Of a stretch of 64,000 nt of DNA, positions 42,766 to 57,177 are shown one piece after another. A model generated the notes under the pieces. The model had not been told where the DNA came from. It saw only the letters and a list, made by a program, of their open reading frames with translations, and did not search any database. Both the position numbers and the translations under genes were made by a program. The stretch is from the human T2T-CHM13v2.0 reference genome, Homo sapiens: the NCBI RefSeq assembly GCF_009914755.1, contig NC_060929.1; one strand, written 5' to 3'. Numbering within the stretch: the first letter of the stretch is position 1; each line of letters opens with the position of its first letter.

Positions 42766-45700
42766 TTAAAAGAGTATTTGTGGACCTAATTTCAAGATTA
42801 TTCAGAATTGTGGTGACATAAGAAAAACATGAAAAACTGAACCTAACCCACAGTCCTAATACTCATTTAAATGGATAATGTTGACTTTATTTCCTATCAT
42901 ACATTAGTGAGGCCAAAAGGTTACAGAATTTGTTGGTTAAAATTCCCCCAAGACTCATTTTTCCTCTAGAGGAGGTGCTAATGAGCAGTGAAATAGATCA
43001 AAACTAGTGAGAACCATCGTCGGAGAATATGAGGTAAGGAAAGAGTCTGGACAGTTTGTATTTCAGACTTTTAGTTATTGAACAATTGGCCTCATAGCTG
43101 TGTGTTCATAGGATGCACCCAGATTTGAGGGGGTGAAAGTGTGAGGGGAGGCTGAGTAGCAGAGGCCTGCCAGTGAGGAAACACTTCACCTAGCCTAGGA
43201 GACATGTGAGGTGGTTCCTTGCACCCAAGAGATCCTGCTTCCAGAAGAGTGATGACTGTGCCTGAACCCAGCCAAGGATTCAGGTGTGGAGAGTTCCTCA
43301 CTATAGCTAAGCCAGATGGTCCACTTTTATTTTGGTGAAGGCCAACCTGAAGCAAAGGCACTTTTCTTCCGCCATTAAAAAAAACAACAAAGCAAAAACA
43401 GAGACAAAAAAGCTTGTGATGTGGAGCTCTGCCAAGCTAGGGCTGGAAAAAAAAGTCCCTTGCTTTCCTTCCAAGGCAGTATGTAAATGCTGTTTTGTTT
43501 GTGCAGCCACCGGGGATGGTTTAGAGTGCCTCACTAAAGTCCATGGCTGCTATAGAATCTGATTTTTATGATTATGAATATCCTATAAGCTAACCATCTA
43601 GGTCTAGTTGTCACCTCCCTGCACAATCATCTTTGGTTGAAGATATTGAATTATACTGCATTGCTATGAAAGCCAAATATCTTCAGAAAGTGATCACCTT
43701 AATCTGTTTATAGAAGCTCGAGCATGTGCTTATGTGTAGCTCTTTCCCTAAAGGACAGGACTCTGATCTTTCTGACTTTTTCTAGAGTTCAGGTGTGGCA
43801 GGCATTAACTGAGACATTAACTCTTCACCCAAGGAAGGTTTCTTGTAGCTTAACCTAAGGAGTTTTCTGCTTAGCTAGAGAATTTGGAAGACCATTTTTC
43901 ATTTCTTGGCCAGGTTGTGCTATTTACAAAAATGAGGCCATGTAATTAGGGCCCCGGTGCCGTGTGGATCCATTCACTGGTACATAAGAGAGACTACAGT
44001 GTTTTCATGGGTTAGTGGCTGACTGTGCCCTCTCTGTTTCCTTTAATGGTGAATATGTCACTGCTGAGAAGGATGGCAACCAAGTCCTGACAGGCAGATT
44101 TTCAGAACAAAGTGTTAGTGAGTGAAGAAAGGTCTGTGCAAGCCAGGCGAGGTTTGTCACTGAGTTCTAAGGAACAGTTCTTTAAAAAAAACAAGCAACT
44201 TCCCAATCTGTGTCTAGGATTTGGATCCAGCATAAGTAAAACTCCAGGTAGAGCAAAACCCATTTAGCATATGCTGGGAACTACCATGCCCGTCTTCCAT
44301 GGTGCACTTACAGAAATGAGGAGGGGACTGGGCCTCACAGCTTGGCTCCAGCTGCTGTGCCCCAGAAGAAAGAGCCATGTGCAGTGGCCATCCCATCCAT
44401 TCACTGTGGCCCATCATTGTTGGCAGCTAAGCGAAGATGCTCGCGGGTGGTTAGCGCTGGGCCTCAGATTCCTTGTTGAAGGCCCAATGGGGAACCCATG
44501 GTTAGAGGAAAGAAGTCCAGGCGAAGCGGAGCTACCTAAGGAGAGACATGCTTTTAGGAGGTTTCGCTTCATTGACTCAGTTCAAGTTTTATCTTAAAGG
44601 TACTTTATGCTGGGTTGTGGGGGGTGGTGGAATCAGCCGAGTTTGAGATTCCAGCATTACTCATGAGCCAAGCTTAGCTGCCTGCTTTTAGAATTGCATT
44701 AACTTGAGGTAATTTTTTTAATGTTTTCTAATCCTGGAGCAAATGAAAATCATTGACAGTGATGCAGATTTCAAGGCCAATGTCACTAATCCATGAAAAT
44801 GTTTGTTTTATTTTGCTTTGGCATGGCCTTGAATGAAACAACAACAAAGAAATCCTTCCGGAGTGAAAGGAGCACGCTTCTCCCCTAGAGTTCTGTTAGA
44901 TAACCCAGAATACTAAAAAAAATACTGGCTCTGGAGCCTAAAGACCTTGCCTTGAGTTGTAGCTTTGCCACACCATATGATGTTAGACACCTGAAAAAAC
45001 TCTTCTGTGCCTCAGTTTCTTTCTTCACAAGACAAAGAGATCAAAAAGTCCCTTCCCAACCCTGTGAACTTGACTAGGGAGCCTCTGGGGCCATGTCTGG
45101 GCTGTTGGGGTGCAGCTGAGTGGTGAGAATGGGGTGGGCAGGGTTCATCACTGGCAAAAGCTATGGCAGAGCCCCAGCTTCGCCTGGGCTAGATGTTTTG
45201 CCTGGCCACGGAGCTGCACACCGAATGGAAGTTATAAGACTGTGTGACTGAAAGTGTTTATTTTGAGGATGAATACTAATATCTAATATCTGTGGGGCAG
45301 CTGTTTCCCTGGGTGCTCTTCCTCTATGTTGGCTCATGGTGAGGGCACAGCCTAAAGAGCTCTACTGACATGTCTCTTCAAATACAACTTTAGCATAGTC
45401 TCAAAATTTCACTAACTTCAGACCAAATTCAAATTTTCTTCTATCCATGATGGAGATATTTTCTTCCAACCCACCATGATAGATCTTTGGGAACATGTAT
45501 AAAAATTAATGTTGCTATCTTCTTTTATTTTGAACTTACAAATTTAAAAAAAGGAAATTGTTGGCTTTAAAAATTTTGTAAAGTCTGTTTTCTGTTTGCC
45601 AAGAGACCCTGATGGCACAGAGCTTCGGTTCAGGAGTGTGGTGTGTAAACCCCGGTCCTCCTCCATGGGGTAATAGAGCCCTGGGATTCTAATCCATGCC

Positions 45701-46255
45701 ACATGCGATGACCTGAGCAGACCCTGTAGGAAAACAGAAGTCTCGCTGTCCCCTCATGGAGCAGTTGCTCACAGTCCGTTGTACAGCTGTGGCCTGCTTT
45801 GTTGGGAAGTGCAGCGTGACTTGATCTTTTAAGCTCTTTTCTCCCTGTAGGTATTATAAATAACAACTGCTCTGTGGGAGTACCTGCCAGGAGGGCTTGA
45901 GATCTGCATTCTGTACTCAAAAAGCATTGTTTTTTGTAATCTTAACTTCATTAGCAATTACGAGAGAGGAGAAAAATAAAACCCAAAATCAAAGTGACTT
46001 TGTTATGATGCAGAAAATCCAAATTAGGGAAATAAGAATTGAAATTGAGAAAGACAAACTCCTTTAAAACCTCAAATTCCTTAGAACTTTTCTGAGAACG
46101 TAAGGAACACAAACAGGTCCAGATCCCTAAGATATTCCAAGTTCAACAAACAAATCAGTTTGAATTCAGGCAGGCTATCATCGAGAGCTGGAATTCTGAC
46201 ATTGCACAGTGGCTGCGAAATGCTTGACGCCCTTTTGGTTTCCGTGTACTTAAAG

Positions 46256-46682
46256 TTAAGAAAATGTGGCACATATACACCATGGAATACTATGCAGCCA
46301 TAAAAAATGATGAGTTCATGTCTTTTGTAGGGACATGGATGAAGCTGGAAACCATCATTCTCAGCAAACTATCGCAAGGACGAAAAACCAAACACTGCAT
46401 GTTCTCACTCATAGGTGGGAATTGAACAATGAGAACACATGGACACAGGAAGGGGAACATCACACACCAGAGCCTGTTGTGGGGTGGGGGGAAGGGGGAG
46501 GGATAGCATTAGGAGATATACCTAATGTTAAATGACGAGTTAATGGGTGCAGCACACCAACATGGCACATGTATACATATGTAACTAAACTGCATGTTGT
46601 GCACACGTACCCTAAAACTTAAAGTATAATTAAAAAAATAATAAAAATAAATAAAAGTAAAAATACAAAAAAATTAAAATAA
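46256..46682 (+). mobile_element. 5'-truncated L1PA3-like 3' end
   Basis: TTAAGAAAATGTGGCACATATACACC...GTACCCTAAAACTTAAAGTATAAT plus A-rich tail; TSD-like AAAGTTAAGA (46252-46261) / AAGGTTAAGA (46683-46692). Confidence 0.93.
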
Positions 46683-47024
46683 AAGGTTAAGAGAAAGTTA
46701 AATTGCTCTATTTTGGTTTCTGTGTATGGGTTCTGGAGGGATTGCCATCTGTAACGAGATGTAAAATTCTGGGACACTGGCCCAAGGAGAAGGGGGTGAA
46801 GAGACCAGGCTGACACAGGATCACACTGTTGTTATTATGTTTTGCCTCCTTCCACTTTCAAGTCCTAGCAACTGCATTACCAGTCCATGTGCAGTCCTTG
46901 TGATCCATGGAAGAATTCATGAATGTCTGTCTTAATCATGCAGATGAGTAGTGAAAAGAAGTAAACAAGGAGTTCTCACCTTTTGGGCAGACATCTGTTA
47001 CTTACGCTTTAATACTAGCTTGCT

Positions 47025-47714
47025 TTTAGACTTTGTAAAATATTGCGGTAAAATGCACATAACATACCATACAATTCAGCATTTTTAATGTGTGGTTCTG
47101 TGGCATTTTAAATACATTCACACTGTTGTGAAACCATCACCACCATCCATCTCCAGAACTTTTTCATGATCCCAAATTGAAACTCTGTACCCATTAAATA
47201 GCAGCTCCCCATTTTCCTCTTACTCCAGCCCTTGGCAACCACCATTCTACTTTCTGTCTTTATGAATTTGACTACTCTATGTACTTCATATAAATGGAAT
47301 CAGACAGTATTTATTCTTTTGTAACTGGCTGATTTTACTTAGAAATAATGTCCTCAAAGTCCAGCCAAGTTGTAGCATGTGCCAGTTTCATTGCTTTTTG
47401 AGGCTAAATAATATTCAGTTGTAGTATATACCACATTGTGTTTATCCATTCATTCATTAATGGACATATGTGTCATTTCCACCTTTTGAGTATTGTGAAT
47501 AGTGCTGCTGTGAACATTGGTGTACAAATATCTGTTCAATTCCCTGCTTTCAATTCTTTTTTGGGTATATATACCCAGAAGGGGAATTGCTGCAACATAT
47601 GGTAATTCCATGTTTTTTGAGGAATCACCATACTGTTTTTCTACAGTGGCTGCTCCATTTTACATTTCCGTCAGCAATGCACAAGAGTTCCAATTTTTCC
47701 ACATCCTTGCCAAC

Positions 47715-47778
<64 letters not shown>

Positions 47779-48270
47779 TCCTTCCTTCCTTCCTTTCTTT
47801 TTTTCTTTCTTTCTTTCCTTCTTTCTTTATTTCTTTCTTTCTTTCTTTCTCTCTTTCTTTCTTTCTTTGTTTCGGAGGGGGTGATAATAGCAATCCTAAT
47901 CAGTGTGAAGTTATCGCATTGTGGTTTGATTTACATTTCCCTAATGATTAGTGATACGGCCTTTTTTAAATGTGCATATTGGCCATTGGTATATCTTCTT
48001 TTAAAAAATGTCTATGCAAGTTATTTGCCCATATTTTAATTAGGTTGTCTGTTTTGTTACTGCTATGTTGTAGGAGTTCTTTTTATATTGTTGATATTGA
48101 TCCTTTATCATGTATTACAAATATTTTCTCTCATTCTGTGGGTTGTGTTTTCACTCTGTTGATAGTGTCCTTTGTTGCAAAAATTTTTAAATTGTGATGA
48201 AGTTCAGTTTATCTGTTTTCTCTTTTATTGCTTGTGCTTTTAGTATCATATCCAAGAATCATTGCCAATT
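47025..48270 (-). mobile_element. L1MB-type 3' end and ORF2 tail, containing a (TTTC)n tract
   Basis: CCATCACCACCATCCATCTCCAGAACTTTTTCAT...ATATCCAAGAATCATTGCCAA. Confidence 0.88.
47715..47868 (+). repeat. (TTTC)n/(TTCC)n polypyrimidine microsatellite
   Basis: Directly visible. Confidence 0.97.
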
Positions 48271-51200
48271 GCTTTTAGATTTTTTTTAAGGATAGCCCCT
48301 TTCTCTGTAATACCACAAAAACCATTACTTGTAGAAATTTCTCTTTGAAGGGATTTTGCTCTGAGATGTCTCTTTTTTACTTGTTTGGAGAGTGGCCTTT
48401 TTATTACTTGGGAATTGGTTGATTCCACTTTCACCATGCTCTATCATTCTCTTCTCTTCTTCTCAGGGAGATCACAAAGGCTCATTTATGGATAAAAAGA
48501 AAAGAGGGAGTGAGGGAAAGGCTTAGTTTGAAAATAGCCTCAATCATTTGTAGTATAGGGGCTAAGGAGAGAAAGGGCAGGTTTCAGAATGTCTGGGGCA
48601 TATGAGTGGGTTCTTTAGCAATCAAGACTTGCAAGGAGTCTGTGACACCAAACTGGACTGCCATTTGTCTAAGAAGGCTGAGATCTACTTCCTAAAGCAC
48701 CCTCCTTTTGTCCTCAGGCTGGAAAGATTGCTGAAAAGTGAGCAGGCCCCTAGCTGAACCTCTAAGGAACCTCAGTCCCCCTCCCAAAGACATAATATTC
48801 CATGCCTGAAACTTCTCCAAGTATATAGACAGTGACTTTTTATAAATGTTCATTCCCTTTTAGAAAACACAATATATTCCTCTTATTTCTATTAAGTGTT
48901 GGTAAAATGCTTCTAATTGAAAATCCTTTTCCTCCCTGCCAGTTTCTCATACTTTACTCACTATTATTTCTGGATTATATTCTGTGTACAAAAATCACCA
49001 TTTAATAGTGACTACACATCCAAACACTACAGATATTGCTTAGTATAAAAAAGCAACTGGGGAGTACATCATAAATTCATACAATCTCATCTTGAAGAGC
49101 AAACTAAATACAGAGACAGCCTGAAGGACATTCTTCTTTACACTTGGCAGTTCCAGAAGAATATATTTAAATGTTATGTAAGTTTTAGTCTTTTCTCATT
49201 ACTTATGTCACAGCTGTGGACTTCTGAGCCATAGGGCTGCTGTTTACTTTAGACAGACAGTTTTGAGTTAGGTGAGTATTTGAGTATTTTCCTACCCAGC
49301 ATGTGTTCAGATGTGAGGTGTTTGCTTTTATGCTTGTACGTCTGGTATGAAAAATGGTTTTGTGTGCCAATAATTGTCCCTGTGCTGCTGCCTGCACAGT
49401 AACTTGACTCAGGAATACAGAGAACTGTGTCTGGAATTTGCAGTTTTAAGAAGTTGAATGATGACATACTTCATAAAGAGAACTCTTTTCAAATGAACTG
49501 TAGTTTAATTAGTAGATCCCTCACTCGCCTATGTATAGGCTTGAAGAAGTCGGAGAATAGTTTTACTGATGTCAAGGAAGGCTGGCAGTAAGTTTCTCTA
49601 ATATGCATGTTACAGAATGCAACGTTAAATTCCTGAAATCTCGTTTGGTGATGGTCTTCAAAAAGAATCATTTTTATTCACAGGGCCTCAATCATCTGAG
49701 GGACTAGATATCCAGAGAAGCCAGCTTCTCAGTGTTGCGTGCACTTTAAAAAGTCATAATTACCGCAGGAGCTAGGAAATGCTTTAAATCAGCAGCATCC
49801 CATCACAACTCCTAATTTTAATGTGTGCAAGTAGGCATCCTAACAAAACCACAGCTCAGCCCCCACCTCGTCTCGCCTTGCTCCTTCCTCTCTCACTGTG
49901 CCTCCTTTTCATGGTCTCCAGGGAAGCATGGTCAGTTTTGAAGGAGGGAGAGAAGGCAAAGAGGGATGGAAGTCAGAGCAAGCAGCCCAGGTCCCACTTC
50001 TATCTTAACTGGCACCAGGAAAAAGTGCCTTCGGCTGGCACAGTGGCTTGTGGGCACCAGGCTTTGCTTGTTTGCCATATAAATCCTGGTCATAACAGAG
50101 ACCAATGCCATTCAGGCAGTGAGCAGGAAGCTGCTTTTATGGGGAGCTTTTTGGCACCGTGTCCGACATACACTCCAGTCAATCACAGTAAAGGGCCTAA
50201 TAACAGATGTGGTGATTAAGCCTGAAGAACTGTCTCTATTTTTTCATTTTTGTTTCAGAGAATAACAAAGTGCTTCATTAAACCCCCAATCGCACAGAGT
50301 TTTGAATTGGGCATACTGATGTGGTAAAAACTTACATCTCTGTAAGGACTTTCTTCTGAAGTTCTTATCAGCAAGGATGCCTCAGAGGGAAGGTTGGATC
50401 CTTTTAGCCAGGACAGTTATGTTCTTTCTGGGTTGTGCTTTGCACTCCAATACCAAACCATATGCAGAATCCTGGGGTACAACCAGTTTCCTATAAGTAC
50501 CTTGGATATAAATAAACAGTTTTAGCTTTTGTGTGCTTTTGTAAATGTAAAATGTTCTCTGACTCTCTTAGGTTCAATTTTACTGCTTATAGCAAGAAAT
50601 TAACTATAGCTTTCAATCTTAGAAAGGTTTCAGATAACCTGAAACCATGGTAAATTACCATATTTTAATAAGATAAATTATCTTGAAAAAAATTTAATTA
50701 CATCTGAAAAGGTCTGTCTTTGATTGTGGCAGTTTCTAAGGCAAATGTCTTCATTAAGGTTGTTTTTCTTTCTTTTTAAATGATGAACATGAATCTGGCT
50801 CATCATTAAAGGAAATTAATCTAAGAATTTAATGACTTGGGACAGGTAGAAAAAGTATACGTTCTCAACAGCAAGAACACACAGCTGAAAACTTTCTCTT
50901 TAGCTCTTCCTGGATTGTGAAGGCTGGTTCTCTGTGACCCTGGGGCTCTTGGGAAAGGATGGCTGTCTTTCTGACACGGCTCTATGGGATCGTGTAGATT
51001 TGGAAGCCACATCTATATCCCAGAGATAATTTTTTTGTTTGTTTCTAATTCCATGTAGCCATAGATCCACTTTGTAAGATTATTGCTTTATTATCTTTCT
51101 CCAAATGCATACTTCTGAGTTTTCAGGGTACCTCCAAGAGAATTTGTAGTTGACTAGATTCTCTTAACCTGACCCATAAAGCATATGATTTATGGAGAAG

Positions 51201-51825
51201 AATCAAGATTTAATTATAATTTCAATTCTTGTGTTAATAAAGCATAAACTTAACCTACTCATCCGATTAGCCTAAAATGTAATTTGTGTGTATTTAACAT
51301 TTGTACACACTTATATGCACGGACACATATAAAAACAGTACTAACCTTTATGGCACTTCATATTTGTTTTCTCGTCTGAAACAATATTTACAATTCACTT
51401 TTTACTACCTTTATCCATTTAGACAACCTTTTCCTCCATTGATGTTAAACATGTTTCTTGCTAAATGTAAAATCAGCAATGTACAGACTCAGATTTTGCC
51501 ACATTAAAATTTGTTTTAAGAAACCACCCCTATATACACCTTGTATCTAAAAGTGAGAACTCCCAGATACATTGGGGAAGACTTGTGGTCAGGCAGACAC
51601 CTCCCTCAGGATTATTCAATTGCTGAAAAAGTAAAGCTTTTCTTTAAATAAGATTCAGAATAACTTCCTTATAGTTTTTCCTAAGAAGGGCAAGACTTTC
51701 TGGGATGATACACCTCATGTTTTACTTTCGGTTCCATTGCTGGTGGGGAGATATTTCTGTAGGTTCGGGGAGATGCCTTGAAGATGAAGTGGAAAGTTGG
51801 CCAACCAAGGGCGGCCCTGAGCTGA

Positions 51826-51843
51826 AGCGCCACCTCCTGGCGG
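51826..51843 (-). promoter_or_regulatory. Candidate CTCF site
   Basis: Minus strand CCGCCAGGAGGTGGCGCT, close to the CTCF core CCASYAGRKGGCRS; CpGs retained locally. Confidence 0.65.
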
Positions 51844-53277
51844 AATAGGTCACTTCAGGGATTGTTTCTCAGTTACCCAGGCTGCCTGCTGAGGCATCTG
51901 TTCTCCCCAGTTATGGATCCCACTCTGTTATTTCTCTCCCACCTCACCCCTCTGGATCGGTTGTCTGGGACTCACAGGATATGATCTCTTGACTCTCCTC
52001 AAGTGCTCAATATACTTTAATGTTTCATGACTTTATAGATCCTGGTATTGTTCTTACTTAGCAACCGTATATTGATCATCTATATATTCTTGCAGATGGG
52101 GAGAGAAGTAGAAGTCAGGGAGGAGTAGAATAGGAGACAAGACAAAACCATGGGCTCTGCTTTCAAGGACCCAACAGTCTAGTTGAAGAGGTGGGATTGG
52201 TTATGTCAAAAGATGACCAGCAGCCCAAGGCAATGGAGAAATATCAGATGAAGGATGTGGAGAGTTGGTTCCGTTAGAGATTTCTATGCAGTTTCTAGTG
52301 AAAAGACTAGAGAATTTTTACTTATGTCCTGAACACACTGTTAAGTAGATCTTGGATGAGAAAATAAATTATTGCAAAGAGAGAAGTAAGTTGACAGAAA
52401 GCTTATGTAATGGTTTGAATTTCAAACAATTAGGGAGGCTTACATGTTGGACTAAGGGAATTTTAGGAATGAATCATAGGCTCTTTCAAATTAGCGGGAT
52501 ATGAAAAATATATTCCAGGCAGGAACTATTTCTACCCTTCATAGATTCTTCAATTGAGATATTCTTCATGTATGGTTTACATTCATTAGATTTTATTTTC
52601 CTGTTTAAGTTAAATGATTAGGAAGTTTAAAATCTTGAACAAATGACAGTAATATAGTTTATGGAAACTGTCTTTATAAGAAGGAAATGAATGTATTCAT
52701 TGTGATGGGGTGCACTTAATTTTAAGTGCTTTTGGCTGCTGTTGTTTCCAATATTTGCAGTAAAATGAAGATACTGCTATTAAAGACTTTGAATCTTAAA
52801 AAAAAGGAGCTGAGGGAGAGAATTTATAATAAAGGCAACAGGGAAATGACATTTGATGAGGACAAGAACAGAAGAGATTAAGGAAAATGTCAGAGATTGC
52901 AAAGCTTGTGGCCCTGCTGAGTTCAGAACTCAGTGTTAGTTCAAAAACCTTTAGCTTCCTTAGTTCAAATTGCCCTTAAAGAGTTATCAGAACCTGCTTA
53001 AAATTAAAGGTTTTTTCCCCATAAAAACTGTAATTATCTTGATATTAATGTTCCAGTTTATTTATGTATTTATTTTTAACATTATACTTGGTGTGCATTT
53101 ATGCCCACCTGTGCATAAAGGAAATTCTTGCCTTATTTAGGTAATATACAAACACTTATGTACATTTGGGGTCCATTAATATATTTTAAAATTTATAATC
53201 ACAATGTGACCTTCATCAAAGACCATCACAGATCTTAATTCCTTCTCAAAATTAAAACTTAAAAATATATGAATCTT

Positions 53278-53580
53278 GCCGGGCGTGGTGGCCCATGGCT
53301 GTAATCCCAGAACTTTTGGAGGCTGATAGAGGTGAATTGCTTGAGCCCAGGAGTTCAAGACCAGCATGGGCAATATGATGAGACCCGTCTCTACAAAAAT
53401 ACAAAAATTAGCCAGGTGTGTTGGAATGCATGTGTAGTCCCAGCTACTCAGGAGGCTGAGGTGAGAGGATCCATTCAGTTTGGGAGGTTGAGGCAGCAGT
53501 GAGCTGTGATTGTGTCACTGCACTCCAGCCTGGGTGACAGAGTGAGACCCTGTCTTAAAAAAACAAACCAAAACAAAATA
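53278..53580 (+). mobile_element. AluJ
   Basis: Diverged dimer with TTGCTTGAGCCCAGGAGTTCAAGACC. Confidence 0.93.
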
Positions 53581-54949
53581 ACCCTTTTTCTTTCTGTCTA
53601 TATTTCAAGCATATATTTTGAATCACTTTGTAATAAAAATCTTTTTATTTTCTAAAGTGTGCTAATCTAACACTCTAAGAACATGTTGAAGCAGAGCAGT
53701 CTTTCAGTTGCTGTAGACCGTAGCAATCTGCTAATTACTGAAGGTTCATCCTAGGGTATATTCCCACACATTGTTCTTTCTGGTGAAGTTTGCTGAAATG
53801 GGTCCCTGTACCAGGCCCACAGGCAGGCCCCAGGAATTGTGCTTTTTATCAATGGAGATGCAACACTTCAGAAGACGCTTTAGTGCAACAAAAGTCTGCC
53901 ATATAAGTTTGGTGCCATTGCACCTTTGCTCTGCCTCCTTATCTTGCTTTATTACTTCCTGCTGGCTTCTGCTGCTTGACTCCCAGCCCCTCCTGGATGC
54001 TCCCTTGCTGCTGTCAAATGTTTGCTCATAGTCACCTCACCTTGCCCTCAGCTGATATGAATACCATGCCTGCAAGAATCATCACCAATGCAGCCATGTT
54101 TGAGCAGGTCCAATTATTGACAATACAGGAAGGCTAATGAGTAGAAAGCCTTAAGCTTTAAATGAATTTACAGAATGATTAACTATTAATTAAGCCATTG
54201 AAAGTGCCCATACGTTCTTTTCAGAGACTACATATTTTTTATCTCTAATTAAAACAAATATCCCCCAAACAAAACTTTCAGTGTTTTTTCATATTTGTAA
54301 TCACTGGTATTGCAATCATTTTGTTTCAACTCTAGGATTTTCCACTGCAGTTGTATATTAGCAATTAAATGATAATCTTGACCTTCCATTTCTGCCTTTT
54401 AAATATTAAGAATAATGATTTCAGGGTTCCAGAACAAGTGATTTGCATATTCTGAGCTTTATTTTTCCTGTGGGCCATACATTCATTCAAGAATACCAAG
54501 AACATGTAGAGATGAACAGTGTACCATTCTGACATTAAGGAGTCTGGTAGCTAGTGGAGAGATGAGCGGTGTGGTGTGTGTTACTACTCTGACGAAGAAC
54601 ACATCAGCTACTCTTGGGATGTTTCAGGGTGTTACAGGAGCAAAGAAGAAGAATGACAAGGTTAGCCAGGGAGCTCTTCTAAAAGAAAGTGACAGTTGAT
54701 CCTTAAAGAATGAGTGAGAATTAAGTTGAGCAGATAGTTAAGGGCATTCCAAGAAGGAACAGCATGGGCGAAGACAGAGGAGTGAAAACCTCTAATGTTT
54801 GGGGAAAATCAAGTACCTGAGAATTGTTCAAGCGACATATACATGAGTTTGTTGAGTGATGAGGCTGGACTCAGATATCTTGAGTCTTAAATGCCAGTTT
54901 GAATTTTACCTAAAAGGCAAGCTCTCAAAAGCTTTTAAGAAGGGGAGTG

Positions 54950-55694
<745 letters not shown>

Positions 55695-55854
55695 GTGAGG
55701 GGGGAGTGTGATGTTCTGACTTGTGTTTTTAAAGCATTGGTGACAGTGTGGAGGAGGAATTGAGTTGATTGGTAAAAAGGATGAACTGATCAAACTGAAA
55801 AACTAGTCAAAGTTAGTGTTTCTTGACATTGGTTTTGAAACTTTGCTCTCAGTA

Positions 55855-56103
55855 ATGGGATCAGTAAATATGATTAGTGCCCTTATAAAAGAGACCTCAG
55901 AGTGCTGCCTTGCGCCTTGCACCATGTGAGAACACAAGGAGAAGGTACCATCTATGAATCAGGAAGCAGCCCCTCCCCAGACACTGAATCTGCCAGCGCC
56001 TTGATTCTGGACTTCCAGCCTCCAGAACTGTGAGAAATAAATTTCTGCTGTTTTTAAGGCACCCGGTTTATGGCACTAGGTTGTAGCAGCCTGACCTAAC
56101 ACA
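55855..56103 (+). mobile_element. MaLR LTR (MSTD/MLT1A-like), 3' two-thirds
   Basis: GATTAGTGCCCTTATAAAAGAGACC...GGACTTCCAGCCTCCAGAACTGTGAGAAATAAATTTCTG. Confidence 0.85.
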
Positions 56104-56779
56104 CCCATTGTATCTTTACAGTAAAAAGTCAAACTGAGGGATAAAAACTTGATGATGTTTTCAGGAATATCCAACCAAAAAAGTGGCCATTTCCTCATCC
56201 CTGATAGAAGTTTTTGCTAAGATAAAAAATGATAAACAGTTTTAAATCATGGGAACATACCAAGTAGCCATGGTTGGCATCACTGGCTAAAAATGCATCT
56301 ACAAGAACTTTGAAAAGCAGATGAAGTAGCCAGATGATATGCTTTAAAAACTTGTAAAATCATCCTAGAATATACAAAGCTTAAAAATGCATGAAGTAAG
56401 AGATGAGAACTCTCCAACAATCTTGCCATTGAAAAATTGACTTAAACATAAAAAAAATAGGTTAATGAAAAACACTGCCAATAAGCAGATCAAACGTAAT
56501 TGGCTGAGAATGAGGGGAGGAAAAACTAAAATGCTGGTAAGCCTATAAAAGTTGTAAAACTATGTATGCCCAATTGCAAACAAACAAACAAACTCAAACT
56601 CCTTTCCCAGAACTTTTAAAAAATAACAGAAGAGAATATTTTTACGGTACATAAGCAATGCACAATTGCCTAATGGTATATAAAAATTGCTAATTCCTGA
56701 AAAACCTGTGACTTGAAATATACATTTTTCAATAAACTTTTATTTGTCAAACTCACCAATTCTAAATCTTGTTCCAAAC

Positions 56780-57177
<398 letters not shown>

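Noticed and set aside
47517-48039. 144-150 aa Phe/Leu/Ser-rich membrane-like ORFs
   Set aside because: Translation of the (TTTC)n microsatellite
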